Origin: Cytophagales bacterium | GTDB lineage: Bacteria > Bacteroidota > Bacteroidia > Cytophagales > Spirosomataceae | DNA: 63,978 bases | Reading direction: 5' to 3' | Assembly: GCA_043760595.1 (NCBI GenBank) | Contig: JAYUOX010000384.1 | Coordinates: 1-63,978 of the forward strand | Shown here: positions 50,057 to 59,547 of the stretch, piece after piece | Layout: each line of letters opens with the position of its first letter | Position numbering within the stretch: position 1 is the stretch's first letter | Notes under the pieces: model-generated | Told to the model about the DNA's origin: nothing | Database searches by the model: none | The model's input: only the letters and a program-made list of their open reading frames with translations | Translations under genes and position numbers: made by a program

Positions 50057-50899
50057 ATGTCATTTCAAGGAACAGAAAATTACGTTGCTACCAGAGCATT
50101 ACAAGTTGCGGTAAATGCTGCCGTATCTCTTCAAAAACCGCTTTTAATCAAAGGAGAACCAGGGACAGGCAAAACGCTTTTGGCGTATGAAGTTGCTTCG
50201 GCACTCGGGAAACCCCTTTATTCTTGGAACATTAAATCCACCACATTTGCTCAACAAGGCTTGTATGAGTATGATGCAGTGGCTCGTTTGCGAGATTCGC
50301 AATTGGGGGGCGAAGACATCAATAACTTAGAACATTACATCAAAAAAGGAAAACTCTGGGAGGCTTTTGAGGCGGATGAGCAAGTGGTACTTTTGATTGA
50401 TGAAATTGACAAAGCAGACATTGAATTTCCGAATGATTTGTTGAATGAGTTGGACAAAATGGAATTTTATTGCTACGAACTAAAACGAGTCATTAAAGCC
50501 AAACATCGCCCAATTATTATCATTACTTCCAACAACGAAAAAGAATTGCCTGATGCTTTTTTACGTCGTTGTTTCTTCCATTATATTTCCTTTCCTGACC
50601 GTGAAACGATGAAACAAATCGTGGATGTTCATTATCCGACCTTGGAAAATACCTTGATAAGTAATTCATTATCAATATTTTATGGAATTAGAGACGTGAA
50701 AGCGTTAAAGAAAAAACCCTCCACTTCTGAATTGATTGACTGGATAAAATTATTATTAGTTGGTAAAGTTTCAGGAGATTTATTGGAAGATTTCAAGACC
50801 AATACCGAAGTACCACCTTTTATTGGTGCATTGTTAAAAAATGAACAAGACACTGGATTGTATGAGGCTTTGCGAAATAAAACTAAACGACCTTATTGA
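50057..50899 (+). CDS. MoxR-family AAA+ ATPase
   Basis: GEPGTGKT, YEYDAVARLRD, LLIDEIDKAD, ELPDAFLRRC. Confidence 0.92.
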   Translation: MSFQGTENYVATRALQVAVNAAVSLQKPLLIKGEPGTGKTLLAYEVASALGKPLYSWNIKSTTFAQQGLYEYDAVARLRDSQLGGEDINNLEHYIKKGKLWEAFEADEQVVLLIDEIDKADIEFPNDLLNELDKMEFYCYELKRVIKAKHRPIIIITSNNEKELPDAFLRRCFFHYISFPDRETMKQIVDVHYPTLENTLISNSLSIFYGIRDVKALKKKPSTSELIDWIKLLLVGKVSGDLLEDFKTNTEVPPFIGALLKNEQDTGLYEALRNKTKRPY

Positions 50900-50904
50900 T
50901 AATT

Positions 50905-50939
50905 AAAAAGCGGCTCTTGAATTTCAAGAGTCGCTTTTT
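50905..50939. terminator. Bidirectional terminator
   Basis: aaaaagcggctcttga-att-tcaagagtcgcttttt between convergent genes. Confidence 0.75.
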
Positions 50940-50977
50940 AATTACTCGGATAATCTGATTTATTAAATTCTTCTCCC

Positions 50978-52072
50978 CTACTTATCAAATCCAAATCCAC
51001 TATCCAATAATTTCAAGATGCGTTGTTTTTTCCAAGCCTCGACATCGTTATCTGCAATTTTTTGAACTAATTTTCTTTCATCAATTTTCATTAAATCAGA
51101 TAAATTACCTTCGGCAATCATTTGTTCAATGGCTTTTTTCAAAACCAAAATCGAACCTCCCAATCCCCGATTTACGCATAAATCCACTCGAAGAGCAAAT
51201 CCACCTTTTGATTTTATGATTTGATTCAGATTATAATTTGCTCCATTGATAAAAATTAATTGATTGGGCGAAAGGGCTTTCAGCACATATTCTTCCATCG
51301 CCACCTCTACCTGTGAGCGAATCATGCTTCTCCTAAATCCACTGGCAATAAAGGCAGTGGTTAATTGCATATCGTTGGCTACTTCCAGAAACGCAGCATC
51401 CCCTTCTTTGATACCCGATAAAGTTTCTATCTGAAAGGTAGGTACTTTATAATTTTGGATGTTCATACCATATTTTCCAAAACAATCATTGAAAGCATAT
51501 TCATCTCTGGTCTTGAATCTTTGCAAAACTCTTGTGAGCATCGAGCCGCTGGCAAGTCCGCCTGTAAATTGAATAAACCCGAACGAAAAAATGGCTCTAT
51601 CATAACTATTCACAGCATCAAAACATCCTTCGTTTTTGGCAATATAATGGAGTAAATCTACGTAAAAAGGTTGTTGACAGATATCCGAAAATAAACCAGC
51701 ATTATTCATAAAAGTAGATTTGCCAATGTAGCTAACGCCCCTGGAATTGGCAATATTTGGCGAAGGGAAATTATCCCGCATAATACCCGTACTACTTGTT
51801 GCCGAAGGGGTAGGAAAGCTCAAAACATAATTATTGAATGTGCCTTTGTTTTCTTTTTTTACTTGAAAAACCTTTCTTCGCTCAAAAACCGTATCTATGA
51901 TTACAGGTGGTTTTGTTGGGTTAGTGGGCGAAGGTAAACCAATTTTGAGTACCTGCCCGATAAACAAATTATTAGTTCTTAAACCATTATTTTTAATGAT
52001 TTGCTCAACAGTTGTACTATATTTTTTTGAGATGCTGTAAAGCGTCTCTTTGGCTTGTACGGTATGGGTCAT
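50978..52072 (-). CDS. LysM domain protein with a putative lysozyme-like C-terminal domain
   Basis: HTVQAKETLYSISKKYSTTVEQI LysM; Pro linker; NEGCFDAVNSYD...FSFGFIQFT. Confidence 0.75.
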   Translation of the reverse strand: MTHTVQAKETLYSISKKYSTTVEQIIKNNGLRTNNLFIGQVLKIGLPSPTNPTKPPVIIDTVFERRKVFQVKKENKGTFNNYVLSFPTPSATSSTGIMRDNFPSPNIANSRGVSYIGKSTFMNNAGLFSDICQQPFYVDLLHYIAKNEGCFDAVNSYDRAIFSFGFIQFTGGLASGSMLTRVLQRFKTRDEYAFNDCFGKYGMNIQNYKVPTFQIETLSGIKEGDAAFLEVANDMQLTTAFIASGFRRSMIRSQVEVAMEEYVLKALSPNQLIFINGANYNLNQIIKSKGGFALRVDLCVNRGLGGSILVLKKAIEQMIAEGNLSDLMKIDERKLVQKIADNDVEAWKKQRILKLLDSGFGFDK

Positions 52073-52352
52073 TTCAGGGAATTAAATTAAAAACGTAGGT
52101 AAAAATTAAATGGAGCTATATTTTTTATTTTTTAAATTAAATATTTCTGAGTAAAAAATTAATTTTTTATTTGCACAAAAAAAATCTAAAAAAATCTGAA
52201 TTATCAAATTTACACAGATGAAAAATAAAATACCGAAAAAATTAATTATTTTATTTGTCAGTAAAGATTTAGCTGTGTAATCTTACATGCTTGATTATCA
52301 GGCTGTTCAAAACTAATTTTTTCATTTCCCCCTAAAAATCATTAGAAGAAGT

Positions 52353-52883
52353 ATGAAAAAAACCGCCTTAGTTTTGGGTCTGTCTGCCCTTATTTTATAT
52401 TCATGTGGCAAACATGACTCAAGCACTCGCCCAAGGAATTATCAGTCAGTAGCATATACTGAAAATGCTAATTCCTCCCAAAGTTCTCAAAGCGAGAACT
52501 CGCTCGTTCAACTGCATAAAGCAGGAATGTCCCAAATGAGTTTCGGAAGTTTATTAGAAGCTCTTGGCAATGTGGATGTTGGAAATTACGTAATTGAAAA
52601 CAACACCGAGATTGTACTGATTGAAACCCTGAACCATAATGTAAGGGTGAAAGGTTTCAATAAAATGATTGATAATTTTAGCTCCTTGTATGATTCTGGA
52701 AATGAATCTCTCATGCTAAGTTACCAATCTTATGCTGATGCAAATTGCAAGAAAATTTATGGTTGTGTGGGTACTGTCGATGATAATACTCACGACTGGA
52801 AAATTATAAAATTTTTGCCAAATCCTGAGCGATGCAACTTTGAACCGACCATTACGATGAGTAACGTAATGTTGTATAAGTAG
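52353..52883 (+). CDS. Hypothetical lipoprotein
   Basis: MKK-hydrophobic-LYSC lipobox. Confidence 0.75.
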   Translation: MKKTALVLGLSALILYSCGKHDSSTRPRNYQSVAYTENANSSQSSQSENSLVQLHKAGMSQMSFGSLLEALGNVDVGNYVIENNTEIVLIETLNHNVRVKGFNKMIDNFSSLYDSGNESLMLSYQSYADANCKKIYGCVGTVDDNTHDWKIIKFLPNPERCNFEPTITMSNVMLYK

Positions 52884-53000
52884 CCCTCACAATGAGGTAA
52901 ATTAGTCGAAACAATAAACGTGACGGTTTATTAAAAATAGACAAATTTGAGATATTTGGGGCTTACTCCCAACAAAACAAACAAAGTAAGGATTATAATT

Positions 53001-53032
53001 AAAGAGGCTTCCATTTGGAAGCCTTCTTTTTT
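53001..53032. terminator. Terminator between convergent genes
   Basis: aaagaggcttcc-attt-ggaagccttctttttt. Confidence 0.65.
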
Positions 53033-53041
53033 GTATATCAA

Positions 53042-53857
53042 TTAATCTCCACCGCCACCGCCACACCCGCCACAACCAGAACAACCACCATCACTACCGC
53101 CATCTGAACCATCCCCTTCGCCGTCACTACCATCTTCTGAACCTCCACCTCCATCACTTCCAGAACCTCCAGAAGTGGAATAAGAAGAAGTATCAGAATC
53201 ATATTTCTCTTGACCTCTATTATTTTGCTTATCAATATTTCTGCCAATTGAAGTAATAATTGATACAAATACAATTATACCAACTATTGAGTAAATCATT
53301 GTTTCATCCCCTGATGAACAGCCAACCAAAAGGAACGAACAAAATATAAATCCCCAAACATATTTTAAATGCTTGCTGAAATTTATCTTTGGAATTATCC
53401 AATTTTGAGTTTTATCAACATTGATGAAATTTATCTCAAAACGTTTTTGAATATTCTCCCAAATTATGGAATTGGGCTTTTTCTCAAAAATTTTTTCATA
53501 AAAATCAAGCGTATATTCGTAACATCCTTTAAATTTTGACCTTTCAGATTTTCCACCTTCCGTGGGTGTGTGATGGATTTCTTTTTGTAATGTATTTTGA
53601 CATAAATCTATCCAGTATGATTTGGTATAGGTCAAATGTAAATGCCATGCTAAATCCACGAAATTAGAAGGTGTTACGGGTTGTTCTGATATGCAACACA
53701 TAAAAATAAATTTCTTGTATTCTTCCACAATTTCTTTCGCAAATTGCTTAGAGAAGCCATTTTCACGGGCGAGTCTATCTGAAAATGATAAAGAAATCCC
53801 TTCTTTATCTAATTGGAAATTATGGATTTTGTCCCAAAGTTGTTCGTTTTCTTTCAT
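53042..53857 (-). CDS. Glycine-rich-domain membrane protein (GRDP/DUF1399-like N-terminus, TIGR04222-like tail)
   Basis: FSDRLARENG, EYKKF, PSNFVDLAWHLHL, IHHTP; two TM segments; tail GGCSGCGGCGGGGD. Confidence 0.75.
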   Translation of the reverse strand: MKENEQLWDKIHNFQLDKEGISLSFSDRLARENGFSKQFAKEIVEEYKKFIFMCCISEQPVTPSNFVDLAWHLHLTYTKSYWIDLCQNTLQKEIHHTPTEGGKSERSKFKGCYEYTLDFYEKIFEKKPNSIIWENIQKRFEINFINVDKTQNWIIPKINFSKHLKYVWGFIFCSFLLVGCSSGDETMIYSIVGIIVFVSIITSIGRNIDKQNNRGQEKYDSDTSSYSTSGGSGSDGGGGSEDGSDGEGDGSDGGSDGGCSGCGGCGGGGGD

Positions 53858-53868
53858 TTGATGTAAGT

Positions 53869-54579
53869 TTATGATTTATTATTGTGGTCAAAATAACCTT
53901 TTTGTTCAACTTTATTGGTAAAGAAATTTAAAAATAAAACTACGAAAATCAAGAAAAATAATGACTGACAGCTCACCAAGAATTTACCCATTGGCGTTAC
54001 TGGATAGAAATCTCCATAGCCAATCGTTGCAGAAGTAACGAAACTAAAATAAATGGAATCAAACCAATGCGAAAATGGTTTATTCAAGAAATTACCCGTT
54101 GCGTAAATCACCCCAAAAACAAAGACTATTTCGAGATAGTTAAAAAATAAGAGCAACATCGAGCGTCTGTATGAACGTGGACGTGAAAAAATATCGGACG
54201 CAAAAATTAATGTTGGGATATATAACATCGTCTCTATTACAAACCAGACCAGAATCCAGAAAATAAATGGGTTGTTTTGAAGGTGATTTTTTAGAACAAT
54301 TAAAGGGAAAATAACCTTGAATAAAACAAAAAAATCGACTGATAAATCTTGGTGGGCGATTCCTTTTTTTCCGAAGACTTGTTTGATATAAGTCCCAAGA
54401 AAAATAAACTGGGAAAATGCCAGAAAAAGCCGTAGAACTTTCTCAATACCAATATCCTCGTGTTGTTCATTATTCCAGATTGCTTTGATATTCTTAATCC
54501 GCTTGCCAATGGCACTTTCGGTAGGTTTTACGTATTCGATAGGTTTACCAAGTAATAATTTTCGTAGGAATTGGAGCAT
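53869..54579 (-). CDS. Potassium/ion channel family protein (pore domain only)
   Basis: DSIYFSFVTSATIGYGDFYP filter; TTG start. Confidence 0.85.
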   Translation of the reverse strand: MLQFLRKLLLGKPIEYVKPTESAIGKRIKNIKAIWNNEQHEDIGIEKVLRLFLAFSQFIFLGTYIKQVFGKKGIAHQDLSVDFFVLFKVIFPLIVLKNHLQNNPFIFWILVWFVIETMLYIPTLIFASDIFSRPRSYRRSMLLLFFNYLEIVFVFGVIYATGNFLNKPFSHWFDSIYFSFVTSATIGYGDFYPVTPMGKFLVSCQSLFFLIFVVLFLNFFTNKVEQKGYFDHNNKS

Positions 54580-54713
54580 TTGAAAGGTGGTTTATCTAAT
54601 TCAAAACTAAGAATTTTTCTTTGGAAAACAATAACTCAAAACCCTTTGATGAAATATAATCCACAATCATTAGTTTTGTATAAGAAAAAACAAAATCAAG
54701 AACCCACAATATT

Positions 54714-57206
54714 ATGCTCAACCACAAATTACGCTTCCTCATCCTTATTTTATTTGCCAATTGTTTCTCTCTGAAAGCTCAACCCATCAAACCCATGCCA
54801 ACGGGTGAGATTTTATTGAATCTCAAAAAACTCAACGTGGTAGGTTCTGCCTTGTACGTAGCTGCACATCCAGACGATGAAAATACAATTATGCTATCTT
54901 GGCTCGCCAAAGAACGAAAAGTACGTACCTCCTATCTTTCGGTAACTCGTGGAGATGGCGGGCAAAACCTTGTTGGTCCAGAACTGTCTGATTTACTGGG
55001 GCTTATCCGTACACAAGAACTTTTGGCAGCCCGTTCCATTGATGGTCCAGAACAATATTTTACAAGGGCTAATGATTTTGGATTCTCAAAAACGACTGAC
55101 GAAACCATGCAAATTTGGGGAAAAGATGCCGTGTTGGGAGATGTAGTTTGGCGAATCAGAAACCTTCGTCCTGATGTGATAATTTGTCGCTTTCCACCTG
55201 ACCAACGGGCAGGACATGGTAATCACTCGGCTTCAGCAGTTTTGGCAGAGGAGGCTTTCAAACTTTCGGGCGACCCCACCAAATATCCTGAGCAATTAAA
55301 ATACGTAAAACCGTGGCAAGCCAAACGAGTAGTTTGGAATACCTTTAATTTTGGAACAGTTGCACAAACGCAAAAGCCAGCCGAAAAAGATTGGATTCAA
55401 GTAGATATTGGGGTTTTTAATCCATTATTAGGAAAATCATACAACGAAATTGCCGCCGAAAGTCGCTCACAACATAAATCACAGGGTTTTGGAGTTCCTC
55501 GGGGGCGTGGGGCAAGACCCGAATACTTTGTTCATAAATTTGGCGATAAAGCGGATAAAGATGTTTTTGATGGCGTAGATATTACTTGGAATCGGGTAAA
55601 AGGTGGTTCAGCCATTGAGGTAATTATTAACGAAGCCATCAAAAAATTTAATCCAGAATCACCTTCAACGATTGTCCCGATTTTGGTGAAAGCCTACAAA
55701 TTAGTCTTGAATTTGGAAGATGAATATTGGAAAAATCAAAAGAAAAAAGAATTAGAAAATCTCATCATTGCTTGTTCTGGACTATATTTTGAAGCAAATC
55801 CAAACGAATATTCGGCGGCTTCGGGCGAGAGAATTAATATTACAACCACTTTGGTTAAACGTTCTGATTTGCCAGTGAGTTTAAATAAAGTCAGATTGAT
55901 TGGTCTTGCCAAAGACACAACGCTAAACTCAATTTTGGGAAATAATGAACAATCTAAAATCACCTTCTCGGTTGAAATCCCCAAGGGGCAGACTCTAACA
56001 CAACCTTATTGGTTAGCTGAGAAAAAAATGGGAAAAGGAATGTACAGAGTTGATAATCAAGAACTTATTGGATTTCCGGAAAAGCCCGCCGATTTGCAAG
56101 CCGAATTTTCTTTTGTCATTGATAATCAGAACATTACTTTTAACACACCCATTGTTTTCAAATATACGGACGAAATTCGTGGAGAATTGTATCGTACCTT
56201 TGAGATTCGTCCAGAAATAACTGCTAATATTTCTGACAAAGTGTATGTTTTTGCCGATAATCAAGCGAAGGATGTGGAGATAACTTTGAAATCTGCCAAA
56301 GCCAATGTAACAGGTTCAGTCGGTTTAGAATTGCCAAGTGATTGGAAATCAGTGCCTTCCAGCATTGATTTCAATTTAGTAAATAAATACCAAGAGCAAA
56401 AAGTCATATTTAAAGTAACGCCTTCTGCAACAAACTCGGAAGGACAAATTAAAGTCATCGCCAAAACTGCCAATGGAGTTTTTGACCGTGGAATTTTGAC
56501 GGTTGCCTACGACCATATTCCTCCACAAACTTTATTTCCTCTAACCGAGGCAAAAGTTGTAAAATTAGATATTAAGTTCAAAGGTAAAAATATCGGTTAC
56601 ATCGCAGGGGCGGGCGATGAAGTCCCCGCTGCATTACGTCAGATTGGGTATTCGGTTACGATGCTCACCGAAAAAGAATTTAATGAGGATTTGGTAAAAT
56701 TTGATGCAATAGTTGTGGGTGTGCGGGCGTACAATACCGAAGACCGTTTGAAATTTTATCAGAAAAAATTGATGGAATATGTTGAGAAAGGTGGAAACAT
56801 GATTGTTCAATATCAAGTAAATAATCAATTACAAAAAATAGAAGGCGGCATGGGACCATTTCCATTCAAAGTGTCAAGAGAAAGAGTAACCGTTGAGGAG
56901 GCAGAAATTCGTTTTTTGAAGCCAGAGAGCCCTTTATTGAACGTTCCAAATAAAATTACCAATAAAGATTTTGATAATTGGATTCAAGAGCGAGGATTGT
57001 ACTTTGCCAATGAATGGGATGCTAAATTTGAAACTATTTTATCATCAAATGACCCCAACGAAAAACCCTTAGATGGCGGATTATTGTACGCAAAACACGG
57101 CAAAGGAAATTATATTTTTACGGGATATGCCTTTTTTAGACAATTACCTGCGGGAGTACCTGGGGCGTATCGTTTGTTTGCAAATTTGATTTCAGTGGGT
57201 AAATAA
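54714..57206 (+). CDS. Secreted PIG-L/LmbE-family deacetylase with Ig-like and C-terminal GATase-like domains
   Basis: AAHPDDE, TRGDGGQN, RTQELLAAR, GHGNH; TAGTTTTG at 54671-54678. Confidence 0.88.
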   Translation: MLNHKLRFLILILFANCFSLKAQPIKPMPTGEILLNLKKLNVVGSALYVAAHPDDENTIMLSWLAKERKVRTSYLSVTRGDGGQNLVGPELSDLLGLIRTQELLAARSIDGPEQYFTRANDFGFSKTTDETMQIWGKDAVLGDVVWRIRNLRPDVIICRFPPDQRAGHGNHSASAVLAEEAFKLSGDPTKYPEQLKYVKPWQAKRVVWNTFNFGTVAQTQKPAEKDWIQVDIGVFNPLLGKSYNEIAAESRSQHKSQGFGVPRGRGARPEYFVHKFGDKADKDVFDGVDITWNRVKGGSAIEVIINEAIKKFNPESPSTIVPILVKAYKLVLNLEDEYWKNQKKKELENLIIACSGLYFEANPNEYSAASGERINITTTLVKRSDLPVSLNKVRLIGLAKDTTLNSILGNNEQSKITFSVEIPKGQTLTQPYWLAEKKMGKGMYRVDNQELIGFPEKPADLQAEFSFVIDNQNITFNTPIVFKYTDEIRGELYRTFEIRPEITANISDKVYVFADNQAKDVEITLKSAKANVTGSVGLELPSDWKSVPSSIDFNLVNKYQEQKVIFKVTPSATNSEGQIKVIAKTANGVFDRGILTVAYDHIPPQTLFPLTEAKVVKLDIKFKGKNIGYIAGAGDEVPAALRQIGYSVTMLTEKEFNEDLVKFDAIVVGVRAYNTEDRLKFYQKKLMEYVEKGGNMIVQYQVNNQLQKIEGGMGPFPFKVSRERVTVEEAEIRFLKPESPLLNVPNKITNKDFDNWIQERGLYFANEWDAKFETILSSNDPNEKPLDGGLLYAKHGKGNYIFTGYAFFRQLPAGVPGAYRLFANLISVGK

Positions 57207-57209
57207 CAA

Positions 57210-57296
57210 GTATTACAGGATTCTAACCGAGATGCATAGTCCTGTTTCAATCGCATATAAACAGGACTATGCGTCTCAGTTGGAAACCTGTTGTAC
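57210..57296. repeat. REPIN family B (long form)
   Basis: gtattacaggattctaaccgagatgcatagtcctgtt ... aacaggactatgcgtctcagttggaaacctgttgtac. Confidence 0.85.
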
Positions 57297-57306
57297 TTTA
57301 AGAATT

Positions 57307-58074
57307 ATGAAAATAGAACAACTAAAACATTTAGAAATAAAATTTGAAACAGCGGATATTTTACCTCCACCATTTTCACATCAAATCCTTTTGACATTCG
57401 ATTTTAAGAAAGATTTTATTGACACTAAATTTGAAATTGCTTACACGTACAGAGACGAACTCACGGACGAAGAGATTTTGGAAGAAGGTTTCAATGGCGA
57501 AGAGGATTTGGCATGGGCAGGTGAGGTTTCAAATACTTGGAAAGCCCCAATCTTGAAATTATTAGCCTTTACTCCCGAAAAAGCTAATAAAAAAGGCTTA
57601 AAGGAAGAACAGAATTTCCTGGAATTATCCATCAATGAAAAACCTTTTGGCAATCCTCAAAATCAAGAAGATTGGGAATATATGCTCCAAGAATTAGCTC
57701 AAACGGTTTATGAAACCTATGGAAAAGAAAGTCCTTTTAAATTGATTTTTAAGAATTTAGGCTCAAATAATAAGATTTCCGTGTTTGAATTAATCCTTCA
57801 TTATACTGATAGAACTGTGGAAGCATTTACTGAAATTGATGGCGAGAAATCAAGCAGAAGCATTCCTTGGGAAGAAGCCAGTGACTTGTTAGGGCAAGTT
57901 TTCGTGGGCGATTTTATTACTGATAAAGCCTCTAAAAAAGAACCTTCAAATTTGGGCAAATTTATTTCAATTGGAGATGGATATTGGTATGAATTTACCA
58001 AGAGTTTGAAGAATCCAAATGGCAATCGAACTTACATTACGTCCTTGTACGAGCGTTTTGAGGAGTATTTTTAA
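57307..58074 (+). CDS. Hypothetical protein
   Basis: Start moved to ATG 57307 (MKIEQ); the 25 upstream codons are mostly REPIN-B sequence. Confidence 0.75.
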   Translation: MKIEQLKHLEIKFETADILPPPFSHQILLTFDFKKDFIDTKFEIAYTYRDELTDEEILEEGFNGEEDLAWAGEVSNTWKAPILKLLAFTPEKANKKGLKEEQNFLELSINEKPFGNPQNQEDWEYMLQELAQTVYETYGKESPFKLIFKNLGSNNKISVFELILHYTDRTVEAFTEIDGEKSSRSIPWEEASDLLGQVFVGDFITDKASKKEPSNLGKFISIGDGYWYEFTKSLKNPNGNRTYITSLYERFEEYF

Positions 58075-58094
58075 TTATGTATTAAATTTCTCCG

Positions 58095-58102
58095 TATCTT
58101 TG
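58095..58102 (+). promoter_or_regulatory. -7 promoter element for rpmI-rplT
   Basis: TATCTTTG followed by ca, 49 nt before the ATG. Confidence 0.7.
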
Positions 58103-58151
58103 CACTCTATTTTATAAAATCAATACTTTTCATTTTTAAACATTTAACAAA

Positions 58152-58346
58152 ATGCCAAAAATTAAAACCAAATCTGGAGCAAAAAAACGCTTCAAGGTTA
58201 CAGGAACAGGCAAAATCAAGCGTAAACACGCTTATCATAGCCACATTCTTACTAAAAAATCTACGAAACGTAAGCGTAACTTAGTTCACGCAACGTTAGT
58301 AAGTTCAGCAGATATGGACAGAGTAACTTTAATGTTAGTTATGTAA
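58152..58346 (+). CDS. rpmI: 50S ribosomal protein L35
   Basis: [24 protein letters not shown]. Confidence 0.98.
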   Translation: MPKIKTKSGAKKRFKVTGTGKIKRKHAYHSHILTKKSTKRKRNLVHATLVSSADMDRVTLMLVM

Positions 58347-58512
58347 TATCAATCAACAGTGAACAATTAACAATGAACAATTTTTTCAGTAATTTACTTT
58401 TCTGATAATTGGTAACTGGTAATTGATAACTGTATTCAGTTATTGTTCAACCAGAAGATTGGCTCATTAAGTGTAAAAATTTACCGCCAAATTTCAAAAA
58501 ACAAACAAAATT

Positions 58513-58857
58513 ATGCCACGTAGCGTCAACCACGTAGCGTCAAGAGCAAGACGTAAAAAAATTCTCAAATTAGCCAAAGGTTTTTACGGAAGAGGTAAAA
58601 ACGTATGGACAGTAGCAAAAAATAAGATCGAAAAAGGTCTTCAATACGCATACCGTGACCGCAAGGTTAAGAAAAGAGACTTCCGCTCATTGTGGATTCA
58701 GCGTATCAACGCTGCCGCACGTCAGGAAGGAATGTCTTACTCAGTATTTATGGGTAAGGTTCATGCAAAAGGTATCGAGTTAAATAGAAAAGTATTAGCT
58801 GATTTAGCCATGAACAACCCAGAGGCGTTCAAAGCAGTAGCAGCTTCGATAAAATAA
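58513..58857 (+). CDS. rplT: 50S ribosomal protein L20
   Basis: [35 protein letters not shown]. Confidence 0.98.
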   Translation: MPRSVNHVASRARRKKILKLAKGFYGRGKNVWTVAKNKIEKGLQYAYRDRKVKKRDFRSLWIQRINAAARQEGMSYSVFMGKVHAKGIELNRKVLADLAMNNPEAFKAVAASIK

Positions 58858-58868
58858 AATAGAAATTT

Positions 58869-58900
58869 AGAGCGGTTCAATTTGAATCGCTCTTTTTTTT
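58869..58900 (+). terminator. Terminator after rplT
   Basis: agagcggttcaa-t-ttgaatcgctctttttttt. Confidence 0.75.
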
Positions 58901-58902
58901 AA

Positions 58903-58988
58903 GTATGAGAGGTTTTAACTGGGACGCACAGTCCTGTTCATTTGTTTGAATAAACAGGACTGTGCGTCCCAGTTGAAACCTCTTATAC
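58903..58988. repeat. REPIN family B (long form)
   Basis: gtatgagaggttttaactgggacgcacagtcctgtt ... aacaggactgtgcgtcccagttgaaacctcttatac. Confidence 0.85.
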
Positions 58989-59005
58989 TCTATTATACTC
59001 TAATT

Positions 59006-59443
59006 TTAAGTTTCAATTACCTTAGTTTTCAATCCTACCCATTGACATTCTCCATATTTTCCAAAAAGATAAATGTCAATTTCCATTGCCCCAACTTTAT
59101 AAATTTGAAAATCTTTTACTTTTTCAGAAAAAAGATTTTTCAACTTCAAGCTATCGTCAGCCCATTTCTTTTCATTATCCTCAAACCAATCCTCAATTTT
59201 GATGAGTGGTTTAAAAAAATCCTCAAAATCCATTTCTTGAACTTCAACCTCTGGACGTATTCCATTAAACATTCTGAAATTAGCCATTGAAAGTTTTTCA
59301 GCCGTTGAAAGTTCCATTTCAAAATACTCAATTTTTTCATCGGACTCCGAAGGATAAAGTAAATCAGCAGAAAGTATATTTATTTGTTCTTTTAAAGAAA
59401 TTTCTCGTTTAAGAAGTGACTCGGAGGGTATAATAGTTGTCAT
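59006..59443 (-). CDS. Nuclease A inhibitor (NuiA)-like protein
   Basis: LLYPSESD, VQEMDFEDFF, IYKVG, DIYLFG, WVGLKTKVIET. Confidence 0.8.
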   Translation of the reverse strand: MTTIIPSESLLKREISLKEQINILSADLLYPSESDEKIEYFEMELSTAEKLSMANFRMFNGIRPEVEVQEMDFEDFFKPLIKIEDWFEDNEKKWADDSLKLKNLFSEKVKDFQIYKVGAMEIDIYLFGKYGECQWVGLKTKVIET

Positions 59444-59547
59444 AAGCACGCAATTAAAAATAAACGTTTGAATAATGCTTGAAATTAGAAAAACTCTATC
59501 TATTATTGTAACAATTTTGAAAAATAATCACATTAAAAGAAAAAACC

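Noticed and set aside
52884-53000. Possible ncRNA downstream of the lipoprotein gene
   Set aside because: Only small scattered hairpins, most simply a 3' UTR before the terminator
57232-57306. Shared peptide QDYASQLETCCT in ORFs 57232, 46845 and 58946 as a RiPP-like motif
   Set aside because: It is the translation of the REPIN-B arm; ORFs 46845 and 58946 look spurious and the 57232 start is better placed at 57307
36651-58151. Segment between infC and rpmI as a genomic island
   Set aside because: It contains core genes, has no integrase or flanking direct repeats that I could see, and shows no obvious compositional shift
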